The notes beneath the pieces are model-generated. The model made no database searches. It was not told where the DNA came from and saw only the letters and a list, made by a program, of their open reading frames with translations. A DNA stretch of 63,343 bases, counting the filler, from Sphaeroforma arctica JP610 (taxonomy: Eukaryota), in the NCBI RefSeq assembly GCF_001186125.1. It is 6 parts of 3 records of this genome, joined end to end, with 100 filler letters (N's around TTAATTAATTAA, not from the genome) between each part and the next. Parts side by side here need not be neighbours in the genome. Positions count along the whole stretch, not along the records: positions 22,540 to 39,154 come from NW_014040532.1; positions 39,255 to 46,555 come from NW_014040532.1; positions 46,656 to 58,068 come from NW_014040532.1; 3 more parts are not named here. One strand, written 5' to 3'. The stretch's first letter is position 1. The number at the start of each line of letters is the position of its first letter. Below, one piece after another: positions 38,027 through 48,581 of the stretch. The position numbers and the translations under genes were made by a program.

Positions 38027-40263
38027 ACTAGTGAATAATAAAAATTAATTCTCATAAGTCGATAAACTAGTGAATAATAAGAACTAATTGTCATAGAAAG
38101 AAACTCAGGCAAATACAGCACACGCTGATAGGACGACTAAACTTGTGTACTTGTACATACTAACGGGACAGGCACCTAATTAAATAGTTGCGCAACTGTT
38201 GCAGTATGGGGTTGGAGCTGTCTGGGCATGCCGCAGCGTTTCATATACCAGAGGGTTTTTTTCATAGCCTTCTAACTCAAACAGAAGGCTATGGGTTTTT
38301 CGCCTTCAATATAACGTTTTCAATTGTCTCGGTTGTCGGGAGCACTGCATGCTCAGAAACCACGTGATAGAATAGTTCGTAATATGAGAGCACTGAATTG
38401 CCCAGGGCAGGTGTAGTGAACAAATTCAAGTACATACCCTACATTTTCTTGTGACTTATTTTTTTAGGGTTTGATTCAAGTACATACCCGGCATTTTCTT
38501 GTGATTTATTTTCCTGTGTTACTAAATTACGCGCCTGCGGCCATTCATCCATCATAATAGGCTGTTTTAGACCTTGTGCCAAAATAATCGTGTCGTGGGG
38601 TGCTAAATCACCCGTCATATATTCCAATGCTTTCCATTGGAGGGGTGTGTACATGCATGACTATATGGAAAGTGGACAGTGTAAAGATGGAATCGATTAT
38701 TGTAGGGTTAGTAATTTTGTTTTGTGTTTGCTATGTAGCATGTGAGAAAGTCCATGCTTCACTAGTTGTTGTACGTTCTATCGTAGATGAGTGCGTGAGG
38801 CGTGCTCTGATTGATGCTCTCATGCGTGTGGCTATGACTACATATAGTATTAATGGCTATGACTACATATAGTATTAATGGCTATGACTACATATAGTAT
38901 TAAAACTGTGATCTTGGTTCGTGTTCGTTCAGCACTCGCCACACGTGTAGCTGCGATGGAGATGATCATGCGTAGCAAAATGACATCCATTCCACGCTCA
39001 GCTCATGTGATCGCACCCGCACGCGCACATTCACCACTATAGCCCAATTACGAAAGCCTCTATCGCAGCAATAGAACACTACCTAGCCATACTCGCAGAT
39101 GCTACACAAGCCTGTAAGACCGCATATATATATACGCGTGTCTTCAAAGGCCGTNNNNNNNNNNNNNNNNNNNNNNNNNNNNNNNNNNNNNNNNNNNNTT
39201 AATTAATTAANNNNNNNNNNNNNNNNNNNNNNNNNNNNNNNNNNNNNNNNNNNNTCGTCTATTGAATGACTCTGACCTTGACGATAAGAAAGCGGATAAC
39301 ATTCGCTATCTAATCGATAACAAGAGAAAGGAGATAGACTCGATCTTGGCACTAGCAGTCCGTAGCACTGAGCGTGAGCCTCGTGAATACTTCGGACCAA
39401 GCTTTATAAAGCAGCTAGGTAACGCGAAGGCTGAGGTCGATTTCTCTACTAATGAGAGTACAGTGGAGACACTGAAGGCCTTTGTATTGATCAATTTAAG
39501 GAGTCTGCCAGCCTTAAGGATAAGTAGATGATGAACGCCTTTATTCATTTCTGTGAGTCAGAGGAATGTAAACTATCTTGAAGGCCCATGAGCTCAAATG
39601 GAAAGCTCTACCCTGGCGCCAGTTGCGTGAGAATGTACTTAACGCCTTCTTTGAAAATGCACATGATCGTGAACTTCTAAAGTCTCGCAAGTCCTTTGCG
39701 AACGATACTACTATTCGAGATGCTTTAGCTCATATGACACATATGAACACTCGGATAGGAGGTCATACCTATACTGGCGAATAATTATTAATTTGTCAGA
39801 TGATGGAGACTCTGGGGGCTATCGTTTTTAAAAAGGTCAGTGATGATATCATCGCCTATGGTGATTTGCGATCTATGCCTTGGACTGTCTTTGAGAAGAT
39901 AGTTCAACTAGAGTAATTAGTACCACGAGCTTTACCCAGCCCGCTAAGCGTAACGCGATAGAGAATATCACTGCGCGTAGTACTAATAAACCTCGCACTA
40001 CTACTGGATGTGGTAAAGGCTCTACTTCTACTGAACCAAAGGGTGAAAGGTAGGAGAGAGCACCTTGCAAGAAGTGTGGCTACAACCTCACTACACGTGA
40101 TGGCAAGTGGAATGGTAAACACGACTATGTTAAGTGTGCACCAGGCAAACCATACTTTGGACACTACATGAAAGAGTGTACTACTTGCAAGGGTACTAAC
40201 GGTTGGCACAAAGATGATTGCAAGGACATACCGGACGTCCAAGTTAAGCACTGACAGTTCCAT

Positions 40264-40620
40264 ATGTGTGCACTAGAGCAAGATTATGAGAAAAAGTTCA
40301 ATAAAATCTATACCAAAGGAGATGAACGTATATTTCAAACCGTTTACGTAAATGGAGAAAAAGTTATAGCACTTTTCGATCCAGGGGCTGAAGTCTCTGC
40401 TATCTCACGCCGAGTAGCCCGTGCTACAGATATGGCTATCCCTAACAAAACAACTAATTTATTCTTGGGAAATGGCAAAGTTACCACTTGCGAAGAAGCC
40501 ATTGACTATGCGCACATAATGTTGTCAGATAATCGTTACTGACATGCCTCAGAAATACGATTTAATTATAGGTATGACTGATCTTCTCAGTTTAGGTATA
40601 ACACTCACTGGTCTGCCTAA
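40264..40620 (+). pseudogene. Retropepsin-type aspartic protease of element A1
   Basis: VYVNGEKVIALFDPGAEVSAIS, with DLIIG-like residues further downstream after a stop. Confidence 0.8.
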
Positions 40621-40919
40621 TGGGCTAGACCCAAATAAAGATCAGTCAGATGATAAAATGTTAAAATACCTAAACATCCGGAAGGTGAAGCAAAGGATAT
40701 GATTCCGCACTTTACCGATATAATTATAGGCTTCATTATACAAAACAGGAGGATTGCAATAACTGACTGGTGTATGTTAAGTTCTCTAGCGGGTACGTTA
40801 AGCTTGACATATCAAACGTCGACTTCTCTAAGTTAAAGTGTCCTTCAGATAGCTACGCGAGTTGGAGACACGAAGACGTTATCGAAACCCAAATTGAAGA
40901 TTAGTTAAAACAGGGACTC

Positions 40920-41960
40920 CCTTACCAAAGATAACGAGATACTACGCAAAATGGAAAGTGCGACTATCTTTTCCAAGGTAGACTTAAAAGCTGCATTCCA
41001 ACAATTACAAATATATGAGCCGCATAGGAAAAACTTTTCCTTTACTTGGCAAGGTAAGAAGTATCAGTTTAAAGGTGCACTTGAAGGCTTACACGTGTTA
41101 CCTTCTTTCTTCCAACAAGTTATGATGGAACTATTTGCGGACCTGTCGGATAACGTATCAGTATATTTAGATGATATAGTTATTCTTACAAAGACAGCAT
41201 ATGAACATGCCAAACTCGTTAAGGAAGTCTTAAAGCGACTAAACCATCCCAAACTTAAGATTAACGAGGACAAGTGATCTTTTACTAAAGATACTATACA
41301 CTTACTTGGTTACAAGGTATCTGCAGCAGGGGTAGAAATTGATCCTGGCAAGAAACAATTTCTGTTGGATTTATCAACACCGATTACTGGAAGAGATGTG
41401 AACTCTGTGTGTGGGTTTGTTAACTTCTTCTCGGATTCATTACCTCATCTTTCTCATTACTTAAAGCCTTTCAGTCACCTACGGCTACACAAAAGACCTT
41501 TGGGAAGGCTTTGGATTAAATAGTGTGATGATGCATTTAAGCTAGTCAAAAGTAAAGTAATGGACGCACCCATCATGCAATACCCTGTGGATGGCGTCCC
41601 ATTCCAAGTAGCAACCGACGCTTCAGATCGAGCGGTAGATGGAGTGCCATACCAAACGATGTATGGTAAACCACGCTACATACAATTCTTTAGCAAGAGT
41701 TACAATAAGAGTCAACGGAATTACCCTACCGGTAAACAAGAGCTGCTTGCTATAGTTACTGCGCTAAAACAGTTTAAAGACTACCTTTATGGAAGTTACT
41801 TCACTGTCACCTGTGATCAAAAGTCTTTAACATATTTAAAGGACATAAACCCTGATTCACAGTTGTGAGCCGCTGGCATGACATTATTGCTAAGTTTGCT
41901 TTTAACATTACACACATACCAGGAATACAAAATCCTCTTCCTGACATGCGCTCTCGACTT
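40920..41960 (+). pseudogene. Reverse transcriptase and RNase H of element A1
   Basis: YLDD catalytic motif; TDAS and NPLPDMRSR RNase H motifs; in-frame stops present. Confidence 0.9.
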
Positions 41961-42002
41961 GTCCCTCACTACCAGAAAACAGTTAAATAGTTCTTAGCAA
42001 CC

Positions 42003-42345
42003 GATTGGATGATTAATAAGAAATGGTTTAACCTCGCTCAATCAAGATGGGGTCCATTTACTATTGATATGTTCGCCGCAGAACATAACAAACAGATTTC
42101 TGATTACAGGTCGTTGACTCATCCTAAAGGTGATGCCTTTCAACTTGATTCCTCAAAGCATACTGCGTGGGCTAACCCACCTTGGCAACTTATCGCACAG
42201 CTGTTAAATTATGTTAATATTACTAAATCTACCATTACGCTGTGTTGTCCCTTACGTAGCTCCGACGAGCAACACGTTCTTGTACCAGGGATCCTATTCT
42301 ATTAAGAAGATACCTTGGGAACACACCATCGTTTGTCGCATCGGT
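42003..42345 (+). pseudogene. DNA N6-adenine methyltransferase (Dam-phage/DIRS-type) domain inside Gypsy pol
   Basis: DWMINKKWF..WGPFTIDMFAAEHN..DAF..WANPPWQLI..LCCP. DMFA at 42066, NPPW at 42174-42185. Second copy has NPPW at 52324-52335. Confidence 0.82.
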
Positions 42346-42777
42346 CCTGCAGGTGCCACTGAGTGGAAATCCTCAACCGAGTTCTTAGCTAAACTAGAGG
42401 ATTCTAAAGAGGTTGAACAAAAGCTCAAGACTCGTACAACACATGCACCCAACAAGAATGCAGTCGAGGTAATGTCGATTGAGACGGCATTAGATCGTAA
42501 AAACATGGAACTAGCTAAGGCCATGGATCAAAGACTCAAAGCACTAAGAGAACCTGAAGCTCGCACTCAACTACTTAAAGCGCTGCTTAAAGAACAGCCA
42601 GGAGTTGCGAAACAACTGAAGAAGATACTTCAACAATCTAATGTTGTTAATTACGTATCTCAGGAGTCTACCCCTCCCGATACTGAAGTTGCCCTACCTA
42701 ACGGGACTATGGTTCATCCAGCCAGCGTTACACAGAATCTGACTGACTTAGAAGAGCTCGAGAGTAGAGTTAAAATA

Positions 42778-43434
42778 ATGCATATTTTAACTCATCGAAC
42801 ATATGAGCATACCTATAAGATGGCTATTCGTGCAGGGCTTGATCACCCGGCGCTGAAAGAAACCATACGTGAAGTATACCGATGTTGTACTGATTGTGAA
42901 AAGAACCAGATCAAGCGCTACGGTTGGACACCCCTAAAAAGTGTGACAGAAGACCAACCGATGCGCCGAGTCATAGTCGATTTGGTTAAACTCCCGCGAT
43001 CCAAGCATACTGGCGATATATATATCTGTCATTTCTTATGTGTGGCTTCGGGCTATAACTTGCCTTATGCAATACCGAACAAACGCCCGCAAACAGTGGC
43101 AGAGTTATGCTATCACGTCTTTAATGACTTCGGTTTCCCCCGAGTACTATGTTCTGATAACGGTAGTGAGTTTTGTACCGACGTAATGGAGGCACTTATA
43201 CTCGTATCAGGCATGACCCATAGGCGTGGTGTTCCTTACAAACCTCAAACGCAGGGTGCAAATGAGACACGTCATAGAGAACTAAAGAAGCTATTGCGTA
43301 CCGCACTGAGTGACGTTGAGGATATGTGGCCTTATCATTTGAAATGGGTTCAGACTCAATTGAATAACTGCATCAATCCTCAAACTGGAACACTCCCGTT
43401 TCACTATTCCTTTGGCCGCTATAGTGAATTGTAA
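42778..43434 (+). pseudogene. DDE integrase (HHCC + core) of element A1
   Basis: HILTH...CTDC; VIVDLV; SDNGSEF; GANE, with exactly 35 residues between the second D and the E. Confidence 0.9.
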
Positions 43435-43809
43435 GCAACGTTTGACAAAACTGCGCCCGAGAAACACGTTACTCCGTGGCTACAAAAGATAGAGCATATG
43501 CAGAACGTTGTTTACCCCTGTTTACTCGAGCACAAAAATCGTGTCCTACTTAAAGCGTATGACCGATGGAATAACACTAAGAACATTGTTCAGTTCAAAG
43601 TTGACGATTATGTTTACATTATAATTCGCAATGCCAACGTTACCGAACTCCCTTCTAAGACAATTGAACCTTTTGTTATTTCCTACCATGATGAGAAGAG
43701 TGATACTTACGAAGTGAATAACATAGATGGTACTAACGCAACTAATCTAGGAATTCACCGTATCCTTACCTCCGAACTCCCATTCGCTCGCTCATTTGAT
43801 TCTGATGTC

Positions 43810-43985
43810 CCAGTTATAGAGTCACAAGTCAAAGATATAATTGACAAAACATCCGAAGACGGTTACACATACTACAAGGCCCATTTTATGGATGGGACAG
43901 TAGCTTGGCTAACCTCCGATGCGTTTCGTGAATCTCGCGACTTCCTTCGTATTTTTAATAAGAAATGGAATAAGCGTTTACCTAA
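43810..43985 (+). pseudogene. Chromodomain-like integrase C-terminus
   Basis: SQVKDIIDKTSEDGYTYYKAHFMDGTVAWLTSDAF..FLRIFNKK follows an SH3-like segment (FKVDDYVYI...TYEV). Confidence 0.55.
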
Positions 43986-44371
43986 GAACACAGAGATAAA
44001 CAGAAAGGGTTTCTCAGGTGACTACAAACCCGGATGGATATGAAATTCCCTATTTGCCACCTACTTCCTATGTGACTAAACTTTCTGATCTGCTTACCAA
44101 CAGAGCAGAAAATTCTTCGAACTTACTTACTAATGAAGAACAACCTTTGGCTATTACCATACCAAGTAATAAACGTTAGGCGCCTACATCGGAAATGGTT
44201 ACTGGACCAAATACTGAACGACATAGAGTACAACATGAGTCTTGAACTCGTACATATAGACACATACTTACTCGATAAGCCATGACCGAAACCGTTTTAC
44301 TTTGGTTTTCGCTTTACGAACTAGATCGTACCTTCACGTACGTCCGTAGTTCTAAAAGCTACTGGGGGCTA

Positions 44372-44972
44372 TGTAGAAATACGGCCTCCAGTCAGTCTAA
44401 AATATCAAGATCAAATGAGATAACACATTGGTTTTTATTTGTATTTAAAATAATTCAATACAAGTTCGTTTTCCAATATTTCCAAAGTGTTCTAAATTCA
44501 CTTTGATGGCTCCAATAGCCTGAGTATTTGGTATGACTAATTTACTTGGACCTATTTGAGACGATAGTAGATGTAGGATATTATAAACCAAATTTTATAA
44601 TCTCTGAACTACTACTTACAGGTTTTGGTCTTCCCGCCAATCTCCAAAATCCAATAAGTCTTTTTCTTTTTTTTAACTTTTCTTCAGATGGAACTTTATT
44701 TATATTAGCTAATGTATTAACTTGACTTATGTTCTTATGTCTATCTACAAATTAGACATGTGGTCATGAACACTTAGTTCTTCTAGTGAAAATAATTCAA
44801 AAAAGAACAGCTAGAGGTACGTCCTGTGTGATCGAGGATATTAAGGCTCTTACCCAGAGGCAGTCCCGATCATTCTTACACAAGCTGCCACTGCTAAATC
44901 CTAACTGACTTAAATTGTATCTTAGTTTATATAACATAGTTTAAAACATAGAAGTATCCATCGAAGTTTACA
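44372..44972 (+). repeat. LTR of family A (3' LTR of A1, 601 bp)
   Basis: TGTAG...TTTACA, preceded by ACTGGGGGCTA; homologous along its whole length to 48582-49167. Confidence 0.9.
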
Positions 44973-46252
44973 TTATCACGAAATAAGTTCGTTGCCACGT
45001 GACCCGGGTACATCTGTTACTGCGGGGACTTCATTACTCTGCGGAAGGCATCAATGGAACGCTTTGCCGACGATGATAAATTCCGAGGAGTATCCATGCC
45101 CAAGTGTAAATCCGCAAGTTCCAAAAAATTAAATACCAGGCGACTCCACCAAAGTTTTAAACATACCAATTCGGACCATTAGGCGGCATCTCAAGAGCCA
45201 CCTGAGGTACCGGCTTCGTACGTCCAATTATACGTTTCACCGGGCTAATTTGCTTCATGTTGTTAGCCCCGTTGTCAGGTAACTGGATGGTGGGTGTCGA
45301 CCCTGCCTGTGTTGGATATTGAGGAGCCCAATGCTGTTGCACTGTTGGTGCGGCCTGAGTCTCAGAAAAATCCTCATCCACTGTCGCCTGGTCCGAGTCC
45401 CGGGGCATAGACGTATCAATACCCGCCGGTGACAATTCACGGAGTTGGCGGAGTTGCTCTTGAATGAGAGGAATATTTTCCGTGGTCTCCTGCACATGCA
45501 TCAGCACATTCAAGTGTCCTTCCTGATCAGTAATCCAGTCTGGGGATTGTCTAAGCCTGTCCAAGGTTTCGATTGAGAATTGGGCCTCCGAAAGTAAACG
45601 GGTCAATTCCACATGGATTTCCACTTTCCTATCGTCTTCAGATACAGGTTCCTTGGCAAGTGCTGTCTCCACCATTTTGCGCAGCACGGTTAAACGGCGA
45701 AGAGCTCCAATCAACCGTTTCAGCAGTTGGTATTAAGCTTGTTTACCCACCGTAGACAATGGTCTAGTCTTGGGTCCCGTCATCGTTGAAAAAAATAATT
45801 TAAACTAAGTTGCTTCTTAGTTGATTTTACCTTAAAAAACGTAGTGTAATAAATACAGTAGTTCGGTCACTTAAAAATGTAGTCAAAACCGAGTTGCCCT
45901 TAGTCAAAAGTGTTAAGTCTGAAATAAGTGAACTCAGCCAGAAGTGCCGTTGTGAACGGCGCGTCTGCTGTATTTATCAATCAAGTTCCTATGTGGGATG
46001 AGATTTTCTCTAACAACGACAAATTGTGAAAATCTCCATATCTAAGATTATGGTCTCCTAGTTACTAAATAATGATGACATCCGATGAGTCATCATTCTC
46101 TCATTAAATTATATATTCCACTATCTAGTCTGATCCTCGGATCCGTTTCTCAATTAAAGTCTCTTAGGCCCGAGCCTCTGGTTCGGTCCTGAATAAATTC
46201 CCTTAGGTCCGGTCCTCTGGTCCAGTCCGAAGTCTACTGTACTTTATCCACA
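44973..46252 (-). mobile_element. LTR retrotransposon family B, copy B1: 5' LTR plus the start of a gag-like ORF, interrupted by A1
   Basis: LTR at 46252-45845 (TGTGGA...ATTACA on minus). ATG at 45783 is in frame with ORF 45714-45157 (one internal stop). Confidence 0.7.
45845..46252 (-). repeat. LTR of family B (408 bp)
   Basis: TG...CA termini; homologous to 47904-48285. Confidence 0.82.
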
Positions 46253-46899
46253 CTAGTGATATGTTACTCGCTGTTTGAAACCATGTCCACACAGCACCAA
46301 CGAATTTCTAACTTTTTCAGTGCATGTCTTTAGAATTTCAAAAAGACTTCTTTTATTGGTATGCAGCGCAACCCCACCTCGCAGTTGTAATCCGCTTCCA
46401 GTCTCGGCAACTCTTCTAGCGGTAGCTCCCCAGCGTAGTATGTTGTAGAGCCTGTGATCGCGAACAAATCGTAAGCAATTGTCTACGACACCAGTCAAGC
46501 AATTTGCCAAGCAGTCATCGACGATTCGGGGTTTTATCCTAAATCCCTAAACCCTNNNNNNNNNNNNNNNNNNNNNNNNNNNNNNNNNNNNNNNNNNNNT
46601 TAATTAATTAANNNNNNNNNNNNNNNNNNNNNNNNNNNNNNNNNNNNNNNNNNNNATTTAATCATGCAATCAGCAGTGTCGCCTGCAGCATAATTAATCA
46701 CTGTCACTCAGATGATCGCAGGTCGTATGTGCCTGCACCTTGTGTAAGTTATACTGGGTTTTGGTGGAACTGTCGGACATCATTTCAAACTGTAATGGCT
46801 GAAATCAGCCTACGCATAGGTAATGTCGTCATATGCCAAGCTTATGCGTCATCGTCATTCTTCACCCCGCCGCCAGTCAAGATGCCGTCGCGTCAGACA

Positions 46900-48285
46900 T
46901 AAATATGAAAAATTTGTGAAATTTTTCAAATTTGTTCAAAGGACTTTCTGTTAGTATCCGCCGTAAGCGTTGAATATCCCTGAGCTGTAATGCCGACGGT
47001 TATTGACATCTTTGTAAAATTTACATCAAAGCTCGCCCCTAACTTTATTATGCTACATAGTTTCCTTGCGAATCTCTGTTGGTGCCCAAGCAATCACTTC
47101 CACCTTCGACAGATTGAATATGTTGTCCAAGCAATCAATTTCACCTTCGACAAGTTTTATATCTGTTTAAATTTGAACCTTTTGTACGATCGACATATGT
47201 CGTCTAAAATTACAAGTTAGCTCTGTGTCAGTTCTACCCAGTACTAGCTCATAGTGTTTTCCTTTAGCCACCAGCATATATTGGAACTGAATTGATCACG
47301 TCCACGAGCTCTTGCACAGTGATGGCTGGCTCAGCCCTAGACGGACAAAGAATGTGAAGTTGATCCATGCGTATAGCTGGTAAGTTCAGAACTCGTAGAA
47401 TTCGGTCGGCACCTGACAAAATATTTCGTGAGTCCCTCTCAATCGTATGGTCCGTTTCCGTCCAGACTGTATCATTGCCGTAAGACAAGTTAACCCATAT
47501 AATAATAAAAACTCGATTTTTTTTTACTTAGTAGCCGAAATAGCAAAGTAATCTCCTTAGCGTTTTTCACATGTGTCATCAGCCCTGAGTTGTCGCTCCG
47601 CTTCATAACTCCCTTCATATGTTGTGTGGCCTCATCCAACGCGGGAATCGATTGTTGAGTCTCAGATATTAAAATGATCTAGCGTAATACAGACCTCTGC
47701 TTTAGTATTTCATCCGGTATTAAATCAGAGGAAAATTATGTCGCCACCTCATCAGTATGCAATGGCGACTGCAGACGAATACCAAGCAGTCGTTTCAACA
47801 ATCGAACACAGGCTTTATTGCGCACGTAGTAACCTCATTCATCGTGTAGCAAAAAAATACATACCTAATTAATTTTAGACAGCTTAACTTTTGAGGAACG
47901 TAATGTAGTAAATACAGTAGTTCGGTCACTTAAAAATGTGGTCAAAACCCAGTAACACTTGATAAAAAGTGTTACGTCTGAAATAAGTGAACTCAGTCAG
48001 AAGTGCCATTGGGAATGGCGCGCCTGCTACATTTATAAATCACGATCCTATGTGGAACGAGACTTTCTCTACCATCGGGTGATGTGAAAATACCCGTCTC
48101 TATGGTTTCGTATGAGTCATCACTTCTATCTCATTAAATCCTCTATTCCACTAATCGGTCCGGTCCTCTGGTCCGGTCCTCAAATAATTCCCTTTGTCCG
48201 GTCCTCTGGTCCGGTCCTGAATTATTCTCTCAGGTCCGGTCCTCAAGTCCGGTCCTAAATATCCGCCTAGGGTACTTTGTCCACA
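46900..48285 (-). mobile_element. LTR retrotransposon family B, copy B2: LTR 48285-47904 plus degenerate gag-like sequence
   Basis: The LTR matches B1. Downstream on minus, LLKRLLG matches LLKRLIG of the B1 gag. Left boundary uncertain. Confidence 0.62.
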
Positions 48286-48581
48286 TACTTCTGCAGGTTC
48301 TCCCCTTGCTGCGGCTATTCTGAAAGAGTCACACGCCCAGAAGTATCCTAATTCCCTTTCTGAAGTCAAGCCCCGTGACCCACATCGCAATGCTTATGCT
48401 GACAATGGTCATGATCAACGTGACCGCGGTGGAAACGGTAATACCCGTAACACGAACCGCGGCCAGGATACAAACTTTCGTGGTCGAGGTGACAACCGTG
48501 ATGGCCACCAACGAAATCGTGACTCTAGCTCTACACACAATTACGAGAATCAGAATTCCAGAACTGGATCTTCTACTTCTT
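48286..48581 (+). mobile_element. Probable gag C-terminal fragment of a third element, host to both B2 and A2
   Basis: Open R/G/N/D-rich peptide (DQRDRGGNGNTRNTNRGQDTNFRGRGDNRDGH) bounded exactly by two different LTR ends. Confidence 0.45.

Larger units (their letters stand above)
39255..44972 (+). mobile_element. Ty3/Gypsy (chromovirus-like) LTR retrotransposon family A, copy A1, decayed and 5'-truncated by a linker: gag-PR-RT-RH-MTase-INT-chromo-3'LTR
   Basis: Zn knuckles at about 40066-40221; protease LFDPGAEVSAI; RT FSKVDLKAAFQQ, LPSFFQ, VYLDDIV; RNase H VATDASD, QELLAIV, TCDQKSL; MTase NPPW; integrase HHCC and D..D-35-E; chromo-like C-terminus; GGGGG tract, then a TG...CA LTR. Several stops and frameshifts. 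Confidence 0.92.

Noticed and set aside
39255..44972. Calling family A a DIRS element because of the MTase
   Set aside because: It has an aspartic protease, a DD35E integrase and direct TG..CA LTRs; no tyrosine recombinase is seen.
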